NCBI GenBank assembly: GCA_963716255.1
Contig: OY970303.1
Location: 3,616,001 to 3,680,000 of the forward strand
Reading direction: 5' to 3'
DNA: 64,000 nucleotides
From: an uncultured Gemmatimonadales bacterium
Lineage (GTDB): Bacteria > Gemmatimonadota > Gemmatimonadetes > Longimicrobiales > Longimicrobiaceae
A model generated the notes under the pieces. It did no database searches and had not been told where the DNA came from. It was given only the letters and a program-made list of their open reading frames with translations. Made by a program: the position numbers and the translations under genes. Shown piece after piece: positions 37,129 to 47,300 of the stretch; position 1 is the stretch's first letter, and each line of letters opens with the position of its first letter.

Positions 37129-38343
37129 ATGACAACGATCCTCCGCAGGCTCGCGCTCGCCGGCCTGCTCCTGGCGCCGCTGGCGGCCACGCCGGCCCTG
37201 GCCCAGACACCGACCGCCGAAGGCACCGTCATCACCAACACGGCGACCGCCACCTGGTCGGACGCCAACGGCAACACCTACACGCCGGCCACCGCCAGCG
37301 TGAGCGTCACGGTGGGCTTCACCGCGGGCCTGGACGTGGTGTCGCCGGCGACCGCCACGCCGCTCAGCGCCAGCACGGGCAACGAGCAGCCGTTCACCAT
37401 CACCAGCGGCGGCAACGGCGTCGACTCGGTGACCGTCAGCGCCAGCGCGGGCGCCGGCGCGACCATCACCGGCTACAAGCTGGGCTCCACCTCCTACCCG
37501 ACGCTCGCCGCGCTGAACGCCGCGCTGGCCGGGACGGCGGTCCCCGCCGGCGGCAGCATCACCGTGACGGTGGTCTACAGCGTCGCGGCCGGCCAGTCCG
37601 GGCAGAACATCCCGCTGTCGCTGACCGCGACCTCGCGGCGCAGTACGGGCACCAGCGACACGTCCACCACCACCCTGTCGCCCATCGCGACGGCGGGGAT
37701 CTCGGTGACGCCGGACGCGGGCACGGTGAGCCGCCTGCCCAGCAACGGCACGCAGTACACCGCCGTCTACACGCTCACCAACCCGGGCGGCGTCGGCGGC
37801 ACCTACAACCTGGCGGCCAGCACGGCCAACGGCGCGGTGCTCACCATCGTGTCGGTGAACGGCACGGCCGGCACGAGCGGCTCCATCGCCGTGGGGCCGG
37901 GCGCCACGCAGACGGTGAACGTGGTCTACACCATCGCCAACGCGGCGGTCGGCTCGACGGCGGGGCTCACGCTCACCGCGACCTCCAGCACGGACCCGGC
38001 CGTCACGGACGCGGGGAACTACACGATCACCGTGATCGGCGCCTCGGTCACCATGACCAAGGAAGCGTTCCGCGACAACCAGACGACCGCCATCGGCGGC
38101 TCGGACCGGGTGCTCCCGGGCGAGTACATCCAGTACCGGATCACGGTGACCAACACCGGCGCCTCGGCGGCGAGCAACGTCAGCGTCGGCGACCCGCTCC
38201 CGGCGCAGGTGACCTACCAGTCGGCCTCGGGTGACGCCGCGGGGTGGACGATCGGCGAGTCCTCGGGGACGGTGACGGCGGCGCTGGCCTCGCTCGCCCC
38301 GGCTGCGAGCCGGTACTTCTGGATCCGCGTCCGCGTCAAGTAA
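37129..38343 (+). CDS. Secreted Thr/Ser-rich DUF11 protein; putative major fibre subunit
   Basis: Signal peptide; N-terminal GTVITNTATATW; C-terminal VTMTKE...LPGEYIQYRITVTNTG....VSVGDPLP...FWIRVRVK. Confidence 0.85.
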   Translation: MTTILRRLALAGLLLAPLAATPALAQTPTAEGTVITNTATATWSDANGNTYTPATASVSVTVGFTAGLDVVSPATATPLSASTGNEQPFTITSGGNGVDSVTVSASAGAGATITGYKLGSTSYPTLAALNAALAGTAVPAGGSITVTVVYSVAAGQSGQNIPLSLTATSRRSTGTSDTSTTTLSPIATAGISVTPDAGTVSRLPSNGTQYTAVYTLTNPGGVGGTYNLAASTANGAVLTIVSVNGTAGTSGSIAVGPGATQTVNVVYTIANAAVGSTAGLTLTATSSTDPAVTDAGNYTITVIGASVTMTKEAFRDNQTTAIGGSDRVLPGEYIQYRITVTNTGASAASNVSVGDPLPAQVTYQSASGDAAGWTIGESSGTVTAALASLAPAASRYFWIRVRVK

Positions 38344-38353
38344 GGACATCCCG

Positions 38354-41300
38354 ATGCGCTTCCCCTTCGCAAGCACGGGCACGGGCCGCGGCGGCCCCGG
38401 CAGGACGAGTCTCGTCCTGCCGGTGGTCGCGGCGTGCGCGCTGCTCGGCCTGCTCCCGGCGGCCCGCGTGGCCGCCGGGATGGGGGCGCATCGGATCCCG
38501 GCCGCCGCGGACACGGCGGTCGTGGAGAACCGGGCGTACCTGTCGTACTCCATGGGCGGTGGGCAGTGGACGTCGTCCGCGGCCGCGACGGTGACGGTGA
38601 ATCTCCCGGCGGTGCAGGTGACGCCGTCGTACGAGGCGACGATGGAGCCGGGCGGGCGGCGGGTGTTCGCCCACCGGGTGACGAACTCGGGAGCGGCCGC
38701 GGGCCGCTTCCGCCTGGAGGCGGCCGCGCCGGCGGGTTGGCGCGTGTCGCTGTACCTGGACGTGGACGGCGACGGGGAGATCGGGGAGCGCGACACCGCG
38801 GTCCCCGCCGCCCTGCCGCTGGACGCGGGCGCGTCGGCGGCGCTCCTGCTGCTGGTGGAGGTGCCCGTAGACTTCGCCGGCGGCGAGACGCAGGCCGTGG
38901 TGCGGGCCACCAGCGAGGCGGACGCCTCGGTGACCGCGTCCGCGACGGACCGCATCACGGTGGCGCGCGGGCGGACGGCGGTCTCGCTGGACAAGTCGGT
39001 GGACCGGGCGGACGCGCTGCGCGGCGACACGCTCGCCTACACGCTGGTGTTCGCCAACCGCGGGGTGGCGGCGTTCCCGGACGCGCGCCTGCAGGACCCG
39101 CTCCCGGCCGGGGTCCGCTTCGTCCCCGGGAGCCTGCGGCTGAACGGCGCCTCGCTTTCCGACGCGGCCGACGCCGACGCGGGGAGCGTGCGGCGCGACC
39201 CCTCCGGCCGCGAGACGGTGGAGGTGCGGCTGGGGACGCTCGCCCCCGGCGCCAGCGGGACGGTGGCGCTGCGCGTGGTGGTCGCCGCGGACGCCGCGGC
39301 GGGCTCGCTCGCCAACGTCGCCACCCTCGCGCTGGGCGACAACCAGGCCGCCTCCACCCCCGCGGAGACGCGGATCGGGGAGGGTAGGCTGGAGGTGAGC
39401 AAGGAGCGCGTGGGGACCGGCGCCGTGCGCGCCGGCGGCGAGCTGTCGTACCGGGTGGGCTACGCCAACCGCTCCACGGCCGCCGTGCGCGACGTGGTGC
39501 TGGCGGACACCCTCCCCGCCGAGCTGACGCTGATCTCGGCCGAGGGCTCGCCCGAGGTGCAGGGCCAGGTGGTGCGCTGGAAGCTGGGAACGCTGCAGCC
39601 GGGCGCCGCCGGCGCCTTCACGCTGGTGACGCGGGTGGCGGCCTCCGCGGGTGGGCGGACGGTGGTCAACCGCGCCACGGTGCAGGGCACCGGCGCGGCG
39701 GCGGCCATCGCCGCGGCCGCGCCGGTGCCGGTCGCGTCGCTGGACCCGGCCGGGCTGGAGCTGCGCAAGTCGGCGGGGTCGCTGGAGGCCGGGGTGGGGG
39801 AGACGGTCCCCTACACCCTGGTGCTCCGCAACCCCGGCGACACGCCGCTGGAAGATCTCGTCGTGCGCGACCTGATCCCCGAGGGGACGCGGCTGGTGGA
39901 AGGGAGCGTGTGGGGCGCGGACTCGGCGCGGGTCGAGGGGCGCGAGCTGCGCCTGACGCTCGCCGGGGCGCTGGCCCCGGGGGCCGAGCGCACGGTGCGC
40001 TACGCGCTCGCGCTGGTGTCGCCCGGGGACGCCTCGCAGCTGGGGAACCGCGCCTGGGCGGAGGCCGCCGGGGGGCGCGTGCGCAGCGACACGGCGACCG
40101 CGTGGGTGCGGCTGCGCCGCGGCTTCGCCATGCAGGGTCGCACCCTCATCGGCAAGGTGTGGCTGGACGAGGACGGCGACGGGCGGCAGGGCCCGGGCGA
40201 GCGGGGGATTCCCGGCGCCGGCGTGTGGAGCGCCGACGGCGAGGTGGTGACCACCGACCGCGAGGGGCGCTTCTCCTTCCGCGACCTGCGGCCGGGGACG
40301 CACGTCCTGCGGCTGGACACGCTGGGCCTCCCGGCCGGCTACACCGTCGCCCGCCCCGGCGAGGAGCTGATGACGGTGCGCATGGACGGGTGGACCGCGC
40401 CGCGCGCCGCCTTCCGGCTGGTGCGCATGCTCCCCGGCGCCGCGGCCGCGGCCGCGCGCGGGGCAGGCCCCAGCGGCGGCGACGTGGACGCGGGCGCGCC
40501 CGGCGCCGGCGCCCCCGGCGGCGAGGCGAGGAAGCTTCCGCCGCGGGTGGCCCCGCTCCGCACCCAGGAGGAGCGCGCCGCCGCGGACCGCTCCGGCTTC
40601 CTGGAGGGCCCGGGCGTGGCGATCATGGCGCCCACGGACGGCACGGTGATCGGCACCAACCGCCTGTACGTGGGAGTGAAGGGCGAGCCCGGCGCCCCGG
40701 TGCGCCTGTTCGACGGCGACCGGCTGGTGCGCGAGGACGTGCTGCGCCCGGACGGCAGCTACGACTTCATCGGCGTGGAGGTGGCGCCGGGGCCGCACCG
40801 CTTCCGTGTCTGGACCCGCAACTCCTGGCAGCGCGAGCGCTGGGACAGCGTGGCCGTGCACCGCTCGGGCGGCGCCGCCCGCATCGAGCTCCCCGCGAAG
40901 CCCGTGACCCTGCGCGCCGACGTGCGCGCCGCGGAGCGGCTGCGGGTGCGGGTGCTGGACCGCTGGGGCGTGCTGGTGGCCGACACGCCCAACGTCACCG
41001 TGGAAGTGCGCGGCGCCGCGGCGGACGGTCCGGACGTGGATGCCAGCTCGGTGGGGATGCAGCTGCGCACCGGCGCGGACGGCTGGCTGGAACTCGTCCT
41101 CCGCGCCCGCGAGGTGGGGACGGGCGAGCTGCGGCTCGCCTCCGACACGGTGCGCGGGGCCGTCCCCTTCCGGGTGCTCCCCTTCGTCCGGCCGCTGATC
41201 GCCACCGGCGCCGCCCAGGTGGGCGTCGGCGCCGCGCCCGAGGCCTTCGGCGCGGTGACGGTGCAGGGGGCGCTGAACGCCGAGACCTCGGTGAGCGTCA

Positions 41301-43678
41301 GCTACGACTCGCGCCGCTCCGACCCGGAGGGCGACTTCTTCGCCCATGGCTACGACCCGCTGGACGAGTCGCGCTACCCCACCTTCGGCGACGGCAGCGA
41401 GCGGCGCGTGCTGGCCGGGACCACCCAGACGCTGTCGGCGCGCGTGGAGCGCGGCTTCGACTGGCTGGAGGCGGGCGACGTGATGACCTCCGGCTTCGGC
41501 GCGGACGGCTCGCTGGGTGCCTACCGCCGCGCCCTCACCGGCGTCGCCGGGCGCGTGTCCGGCGGGGCGCTGGCGTGGAGCGGCTTCGGGAGCATGACCG
41601 ACCAGGCGCTGGAGCAGCGCCAGTTGCGTGGCGACGGCAGCTCGGGGCCGTACCGTCTGGGCGGCGGGATCCGCCCCGGCACCGAGCGCGTGGCCATCGA
41701 GGTGCGCGCCGCCGACAACGCCGCGCGCGTGGTCGCCCGGCAGGAGCTGTCGCGCTTCACCGACTACCAGGTGGACTACCTCACCGGCGCGGTCCTCCTC
41801 CAGCGTCCCGTCCCCTCCACCGATCCCCAGGGGAACCCGGTGTTCGTGGTCGCGACGGTGGAGCGGCGCTCCGGTGGCGAGGCGCGCTTCGTGGGCGGGC
41901 TGCGCATGGAGCTGAACGCCGCGCGGCTGATGTCCCTGCGCGGGGTGGACTCGCTGGGGATCGGCTTCTTCGGGGTGCGCGACGCCGCGGGGACCACGGG
42001 CTCGCTCGCCGGCGGCTTCCCCGGCGCCTCGCTGGCCTCGTACGACCTGTTCGGCGGCGACTTCCGCGTGCGCAGCGGCCGGCTGGAAGCGGGCGCCGAG
42101 CTGCTGCACGCCGCCGGCGACTCCGCCGCGACCGCCGGCCAGGCCGAGCTCGCGTGGAGCCTGCCGGGCGACCGCTTGCGCGTGGAGGCCGGGTGGCTGC
42201 GGGTGGGAGACGGCTTCGCCGCATCGGCCAACCCCCGGCTGGTGTCGGAGATGGACGAGGTGCGCGTGGCCGGATCGGTGAAGCTCCCCACCGGCTCCAC
42301 GGTGACGGTGCGCCACGAGCGGCAGGCTTTCCACGAGTTCGGGGTGGAGCGCAGCTCCACGCTGGCCACCGCCACGCAGGAGATGGCGGGCCGCAGGCTC
42401 ACCGCCGAGGGCGGGGTGACCAGCGACCTCCAGGACGCCACCGACGCTTCCTCGTCCAGCGCGCAGGGCAAGGCCACGCTGGGCCTGACCCCCGACTTCA
42501 GCGTGTGGCTGGAGGGGAGCCGCGTCCTCAGCGCCTCCGCCGGCGCGCCCGCGCGGCCGGACCACGTGGGTGCCGGGGCGTCGTACCGGGTGCTCCCCGG
42601 CGTGCGGATGGAGGGGGCGCACCGCTGGGTGCGCGCCGGGGCCGACTCGGCGACCTACTCCTTCACCTCGCTGGGGCTGCGGATGGAGTCGGTGCTTGGC
42701 GGGCAGGTGTGGGGCGACGTGGAGAGCATGGCCGGCGAGCGCGGCGCCAGCTCCATGGCGCTGGGGTGGAACCAGCGCCTGAGCATGACCGGCGGGTGGG
42801 CGCTCAACTCTCTCTTCGAGCGCCGCTTCGGGCTGAGCCGCGCCCCGCTCGCCGACCCGCTGCGCGCCCTCCCCTTCGCCCGCCCGGAGCGCGACCGCTG
42901 GTCTGCCGGGCTGGGGCTGGAATGGCTCCCCGCCGACAGCGCGGCGCGCTTCAGCGCCCGCGGCGAGGTACACGACGGCGAGGAGCGCACAGGCTATCGC
43001 TTCGACGTGGCGGGCGACCTGCCGCTGGGTCCCTCCATGTCGCTGCTCACCCGGCACGACTGGTCGTCGGACTCGTGGCCGGGCACCAGCGGCGACCAGC
43101 AGACGCGCCGCGACCGCTCGCTGGTGGGCTTCGCGCTCCGCCCGGTGGGCTCGGACGCGGTGAACGCGCTGGCCAAGCTGGAGTGGCGGCGCAGCGCGGA
43201 CCCGCTCTTCGGCGGCGACGTGCTGACGCAGGCCCGCGACGAGGCGCGCCTGATCGGCTCGGCGGACGCCATCTGGGCGCCCACGGAGGGGATGGAGCTG
43301 GCGGGGCGCTACGCGGTGCGCTGGAGCATGACGGGCGACACGCTCCCGGGTGCGAGCGACCTGCGCTCCATCGCGCACTACCTGGGCGGGCGCTACGGGC
43401 AGACGCTGCGCGGGCCGCTCTCGGCGCGGCTGGACGGGCGGGTGCTGCTGGAAGGCACCACGGGTACGGCGCGCTGGAGCGCTACGCCGTCGCTGGTGAT
43501 GCGGCTAAGCACGCAGCTGGAGCTGGAGGGCGGCTGGCGGATGGGCGACCTGCGCGACCCGGACTTCTTCGCCTTCGGCGGGAGCGGGCCCTTCGCGGCG
43601 CTCGGCATCCGGCTGACCGAGGGGACGCTGGACAGCACGGCGTCGTTCTGGCGGGAGCGGATCCGGCGGGAGTTCTGA
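38354..43678 (+). CDS. Large DUF11-repeat protein with SdrD-B-like domain and C-terminal outer-membrane beta-barrel region
   Basis: Three complete DUF11 repeats; IGKVWLDEDGDGRQGPGERGIPG..VTTDREGRFSF; YPTFGDGS, GPYRL, DYQVDYLTG; long run of amphipathic strands; terminal Phe. Confidence 0.85.
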   Translation: MRFPFASTGTGRGGPGRTSLVLPVVAACALLGLLPAARVAAGMGAHRIPAAADTAVVENRAYLSYSMGGGQWTSSAAATVTVNLPAVQVTPSYEATMEPGGRRVFAHRVTNSGAAAGRFRLEAAAPAGWRVSLYLDVDGDGEIGERDTAVPAALPLDAGASAALLLLVEVPVDFAGGETQAVVRATSEADASVTASATDRITVARGRTAVSLDKSVDRADALRGDTLAYTLVFANRGVAAFPDARLQDPLPAGVRFVPGSLRLNGASLSDAADADAGSVRRDPSGRETVEVRLGTLAPGASGTVALRVVVAADAAAGSLANVATLALGDNQAASTPAETRIGEGRLEVSKERVGTGAVRAGGELSYRVGYANRSTAAVRDVVLADTLPAELTLISAEGSPEVQGQVVRWKLGTLQPGAAGAFTLVTRVAASAGGRTVVNRATVQGTGAAAAIAAAAPVPVASLDPAGLELRKSAGSLEAGVGETVPYTLVLRNPGDTPLEDLVVRDLIPEGTRLVEGSVWGADSARVEGRELRLTLAGALAPGAERTVRYALALVSPGDASQLGNRAWAEAAGGRVRSDTATAWVRLRRGFAMQGRTLIGKVWLDEDGDGRQGPGERGIPGAGVWSADGEVVTTDREGRFSFRDLRPGTHVLRLDTLGLPAGYTVARPGEELMTVRMDGWTAPRAAFRLVRMLPGAAAAAARGAGPSGGDVDAGAPGAGAPGGEARKLPPRVAPLRTQEERAAADRSGFLEGPGVAIMAPTDGTVIGTNRLYVGVKGEPGAPVRLFDGDRLVREDVLRPDGSYDFIGVEVAPGPHRFRVWTRNSWQRERWDSVAVHRSGGAARIELPAKPVTLRADVRAAERLRVRVLDRWGVLVADTPNVTVEVRGAAADGPDVDASSVGMQLRTGADGWLELVLRAREVGTGELRLASDTVRGAVPFRVLPFVRPLIATGAAQVGVGAAPEAFGAVTVQGALNAETSVSVSYDSRRSDPEGDFFAHGYDPLDESRYPTFGDGSERRVLAGTTQTLSARVERGFDWLEAGDVMTSGFGADGSLGAYRRALTGVAGRVSGGALAWSGFGSMTDQALEQRQLRGDGSSGPYRLGGGIRPGTERVAIEVRAADNAARVVARQELSRFTDYQVDYLTGAVLLQRPVPSTDPQGNPVFVVATVERRSGGEARFVGGLRMELNAARLMSLRGVDSLGIGFFGVRDAAGTTGSLAGGFPGASLASYDLFGGDFRVRSGRLEAGAELLHAAGDSAATAGQAELAWSLPGDRLRVEAGWLRVGDGFAASANPRLVSEMDEVRVAGSVKLPTGSTVTVRHERQAFHEFGVERSSTLATATQEMAGRRLTAEGGVTSDLQDATDASSSSAQGKATLGLTPDFSVWLEGSRVLSASAGAPARPDHVGAGASYRVLPGVRMEGAHRWVRAGADSATYSFTSLGLRMESVLGGQVWGDVESMAGERGASSMALGWNQRLSMTGGWALNSLFERRFGLSRAPLADPLRALPFARPERDRWSAGLGLEWLPADSAARFSARGEVHDGEERTGYRFDVAGDLPLGPSMSLLTRHDWSSDSWPGTSGDQQTRRDRSLVGFALRPVGSDAVNALAKLEWRRSADPLFGGDVLTQARDEARLIGSADAIWAPTEGMELAGRYAVRWSMTGDTLPGASDLRSIAHYLGGRYGQTLRGPLSARLDGRVLLEGTTGTARWSATPSLVMRLSTQLELEGGWRMGDLRDPDFFAFGGSGPFAALGIRLTEGTLDSTASFWRERIRREF

Positions 43679-43697
43679 GCGGCGGTATGAACGACGC

Positions 43698-43743
43698 AGT
43701 ACGTGAAAACAGCGCCCCTGCCGGGAGATCCCGGCGGGGGCGC
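43698..43743. repeat. Hairpin repeat A (terminator/REP-like)
   Basis: AGTACGTGAAAACA-GCGCCCCTGCCGGGAGATCCCGGCGGGGGCGC; homolog at 45447-45490. Confidence 0.7.
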
Positions 43744-43896
43744 AGTCGTGTGAGTTCCCCCGGAAGGCGGCGGCCACGAAGTAGACCTGATAGTGGCAGG
43801 CTCACTTGCGCGTAGCCCGGTCCAGGCGCAGATACAATCGGAGTGACGAGCGGCTGGTGCACCCATCATCGAACCCACGCCTACGCCGAATTCCCC

Positions 43897-44412
43897 ATGA
43901 CGCGCGATTTCTTTGACGATGAGCAGTGGAGGAAAGGATACGAATTCGAGAAGTGGGTCCGGGCGCGCATGCCGGAAAGCTTCTGGAAGCTACTTGAATG
44001 GCGTGGTGATAAGTGCGTCCCCGGGTTTCCTCCTCCCGTCTCGGCGAAATATCCGGACTTCGAACTGGAGGACAACGTAGGACAGTTCAGGGTCGCGATT
44101 GAATGCAAGTGGCGCGACCGGTACGCGGATGCTTCGATTGACCCGGTGCAGATCCAGCGGTACAAGGAATACCAGAGCGATTCAGGAACCCCGGTCCATC
44201 TGGTAATGGGGATTTCTGGGACGCCGTCATCTCCTTATCGAGTTTATATCTGCCCTCTCAGCCAGTACGAAAGCTCTATGCTTCACCGTAAAGACGGGTA
44301 TTCCACTCTCAAGGCATCCGATCCTGATTCCGATTTTTACTTCCACCGCGAGCTTCAAGAGTTCAAGACTTACAACTCCGAGGTAAGGGTGAGAGAGCTG
44401 AGCTCATCGTAG
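43897..44412 (+). CDS. PD-(D/E)XK nuclease-like protein
   Basis: KGYEFEKWV...YPDFEL...AIECKWR catalytic pattern; less GC-biased codons than flanks. Confidence 0.7.
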   Translation: MTRDFFDDEQWRKGYEFEKWVRARMPESFWKLLEWRGDKCVPGFPPPVSAKYPDFELEDNVGQFRVAIECKWRDRYADASIDPVQIQRYKEYQSDSGTPVHLVMGISGTPSSPYRVYICPLSQYESSMLHRKDGYSTLKASDPDSDFYFHRELQEFKTYNSEVRVRELSSS

Positions 44413-44597
44413 CGACCCCGAGGCGTGATCCGATCGGCCAAGCGGTCAGGATGCTCCGGCGATTCGGGCCGGGCGGTCGTCATATCGCCGGAGTGAGTTG
44501 TTCGGTCACGTTCGTCCCGCGCCGCACGCACCTGGGCTTGCCGCTCGGCGCACTCGACTCAGAAGGTGTAAGGCAACTCACACCCGGAGCACGGTTC

Positions 44598-45419
44598 ATG
44601 GACGGGAATCTCCCAGACGTAGTCGCTGATTTCTGGAAGTTCGTATGGCCGAGCATGATACGCCTCTCGCTGCTGCTTGGACTGCTGTTCTACCTCGCGC
44701 CGAGAACCCTTGGCGCCTTTCGCCTGCGTCTGGAAAAAAGCAGCGCCGAAGGCCTCCTGGCGGCACTCCACTCGAAGACGGCAGAAGCAATAGGGCTGAA
44801 CAAACTCGCGCCGTTCCTGACACTGTTCGCCATGCTTATAGTCATGGTGGTCATCAACGACACGGTTCGCTGGGTGGGACAGCTACTGCCTCCTGATCTC
44901 TTTTTTACATCACCGACAGATCTGGTCGCGACCGGAAGGGCCGAGGAGATCCTCGCGATCTGGCAACATTTTCCAAACGTCCGGAACATACACGAGCTCG
45001 ATGCAGTGATTGAGAACCTTTACGACGAGCATGCTGACGGCTCGGGTTTCGCTTTCTGGCAGGACCGGGTGGAGCTTTCCGATCAACTTTTTTACCACTC
45101 CAAGTTCTACATACTGTGGGCACTGGTTTGCGCTTGGATAGGACTTCGGGCGGGGAGCCGGGGCACGCTCGTCAAAAGACTGTTCGTGGTCATTCTCGGG
45201 CTTACGACTGCTGCGACGGTGTCAGGGGCATACATGGTTCATAGCTACAGGCATCGCAGCGAAAGCGAGATCATAGTTGCTCGGCAATGGCTGGCGCGCT
45301 CCGAGACCGAGGTGATTTCGGCAGAGGAGTTGGACGGCCGCCGAAGATTGCTCGCGGAAGCACAGCAACGCATGGACGGCGGGTGGTGGCAGCTCGGTCT
45401 TCCGAGCTGGACTTGGTAG
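44598..45419 (+). CDS. Hypothetical four-TM membrane protein
   Basis: Open frame with four hydrophobic segments, atypical codon usage; start uncertain. Confidence 0.65.
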   Translation: MDGNLPDVVADFWKFVWPSMIRLSLLLGLLFYLAPRTLGAFRLRLEKSSAEGLLAALHSKTAEAIGLNKLAPFLTLFAMLIVMVVINDTVRWVGQLLPPDLFFTSPTDLVATGRAEEILAIWQHFPNVRNIHELDAVIENLYDEHADGSGFAFWQDRVELSDQLFYHSKFYILWALVCAWIGLRAGSRGTLVKRLFVVILGLTTAATVSGAYMVHSYRHRSESEIIVARQWLARSETEVISAEELDGRRRLLAEAQQRMDGGWWQLGLPSWTW

Positions 45420-45446
45420 GGAGCGACGGGGGCCGGCGAGGTACGA

Positions 45447-45490
45447 AGTACGTGAAAAGCGCCCCCGCCGGGATCTCCCGGCTGGGGCGC
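45447..45490. repeat. Hairpin repeat B (terminator/REP-like)
   Basis: AGTACGTGAAAA-GCGCCCCCGCCGGGATCTCCCGGCTGGGGCGC. Confidence 0.7.
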
Positions 45491-45532
45491 TGCTGATAGC
45501 AGTGACCTGGGTGAGAAGCGGGAACGTCCGGC

Positions 45533-45799
45533 TCAGGCCGACCGGGCCGCTTCGTAGATCTTCAGGAGCTGCTCGTCGGTCAGGTCCGTCCCATGGCTCA
45601 GGTCCGCTCCCAGGCTGTGCCCGGGAAGAACTTCCGCCAGCTCGACGGCTCCATCCCTGTAGAACAGCACGTCCCACTTGCCGGGAACGACCCCGTGCGT
45701 GCCGGTTTCTTCCGGGACCTTCACCACGGCCACGACGTACTCGGTTCCATTCGGCGCGGTCCAGGGGCGGCCCGGCGGAAGGTCTTCGTTCTCTCGCAT
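45533..45799 (-). CDS. Hypothetical protein (88 aa)
   Basis: MRENEDLPPGRPWTAPNGTEYVVAVV...LTDEQLLKIYEAA; purine-rich RBS; followed by hairpin B. Confidence 0.6.
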   Translation of the reverse strand: MRENEDLPPGRPWTAPNGTEYVVAVVKVPEETGTHGVVPGKWDVLFYRDGAVELAEVLPGHSLGADLSHGTDLTDEQLLKIYEAARSA

Positions 45800-46120
45800 G
45801 GTAGCTCTCTCGCAGGGTTGCGTCCGCGCTCTCGGACCTGAAGCTCCGGGTCCTCCCGATGGGCCGAGCCTCGCCGGCCTCTCCACTCCCCTCTGCAATG
45901 CGGATGCCTGGGAGGCGCAGGCTCGCCAGCCGAGGCATCTTCTCCATCACTTCGCTGGATCAGAGAGAGGGCATTCTCCCGCCGTGGAACCGAGCCGATC
46001 GCGCAGGCTCATCCCGCGCGCAGCCGGCACTTGCGCTCCCCGCCGCCGCGCCCGAGCTTGGGGACGTCCGGTGGCGACTCCGGAGCGGCGACGCTCCCGC
46101 ATCCGTCCTCCATCCCGCCC

Positions 46121-46663
46121 ATGCGCATGCTGCGATCTCACGTCCTCCGGCTCGTCGTGCTCCTCCTCCTGACGCAGGCGTCCCATGCCGCGGCGCAGCA
46201 GACGCCGGCGGGATTCCGCGACGAGTTCCTGATGCAGTTCGACGCCTCGAGCTCCAAGTTCATCGCGCTCGCCCAGGCGATGCCGGACTCCGCCTACGCC
46301 TGGCACCCCGGCGAGGGCGTCATGACGGTGGCCCACGTCTACGCGCACGTCGCCCACTACAACTACCTGTATCCCCAGACGGGGCTCGGGATCGCTCCGC
46401 CTGCCGGGACGGACCTGGAGCGGATGGAGGCTACGACCCGCAAAGCCGAGATCGTGGAACTGCTGACGAAGTCGAGGGAGCACGTGCGGACGTCGGTTTC
46501 ACGGCTCTCGGAGGCGGACCTCGCCAGGCGGACAAAGCTGTACGGACGCGACGTGCCCCAGTGGGCGGTGCTCTTCCAGCTGCTCGCGCACATGAACGAG
46601 CACCTGGGACAGTCGATCGCCTACGCACGGTCCAACGGAGTCGTTCCTCCCTGGTCGCAGTAG
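46121..46663 (+). CDS. Secreted DinB family protein
   Basis: Signal peptide; LAQAMP...YAWHP.EG..TVAHVYAHVA; HMNEHLGQSIAYARSNGVVPPWS. Confidence 0.88.
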   Translation: MRMLRSHVLRLVVLLLLTQASHAAAQQTPAGFRDEFLMQFDASSSKFIALAQAMPDSAYAWHPGEGVMTVAHVYAHVAHYNYLYPQTGLGIAPPAGTDLERMEATTRKAEIVELLTKSREHVRTSVSRLSEADLARRTKLYGRDVPQWAVLFQLLAHMNEHLGQSIAYARSNGVVPPWSQ

Positions 46664-46751
46664 GGAGGACGATCCCAAAAGCCAGCCCGCGCATCTCGCC
46701 GCGCCGGAGCCGTTGCCGGGCGCGTTGATTCCTGTCGCCTGGAGGTGTCGA

Positions 46752-47300
46752 ATGGAGGATCCGGTCCGGACGGAGTACCTGCGGGACTGCGCCGAGTCGT
46801 TCCGGAAGTACAAGAGCATGGCGGACAACGCCCTCGGCCGGGTCACCGACCCGCAGTTCTTCGCCGTGCTCGACGCGGAGTCCAACAGCCTGGCGCTCGT
46901 GGTCAAGCACATGGCCGGCAACCTGCTCTCGCGCTGGACCGACCTGCTCACCACGGACGGGGAGAAGCCGGACCGCGACCGCGACTCGGAGTTCGAGGTC
47001 GCCCCCTCCGACACGCGCGAGAGCCTGATGGCAAGGTGGGAAGCGGGGTGGAGCGCGGCGTTCGGCTCCATGGATGCGCTCACGCCGGCCGACCTGGACC
47101 GCACCATCCGCATCCGCGGGGAGCCGCACTCGCTGGTGCAGGCGATCAACCGCCAGCTCACGCACGCGGCCTACCACGTGGGGCAGATCGTCTTCTTCGC
47201 CAAGCACCTCCAGTCGGACAGCTGGCAGTCGCTCAGCATCCCGCGCGGCCAGTCGCGGCAGCTCAACGCGAGCATGGACGCTGCACAGCCGAGACACTGA
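46752..47300 (+). CDS. DUF1572 family (DinB-like) protein
   Basis: SNSLALVVKHMAGNLLSRWTDLLTTDGEKPDRDRDSEF, HAAYHVGQIV, WQSLSIPRGQS; GGAGGT RBS. Confidence 0.92.
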   Translation: MEDPVRTEYLRDCAESFRKYKSMADNALGRVTDPQFFAVLDAESNSLALVVKHMAGNLLSRWTDLLTTDGEKPDRDRDSEFEVAPSDTRESLMARWEAGWSAAFGSMDALTPADLDRTIRIRGEPHSLVQAINRQLTHAAYHVGQIVFFAKHLQSDSWQSLSIPRGQSRQLNASMDAAQPRH

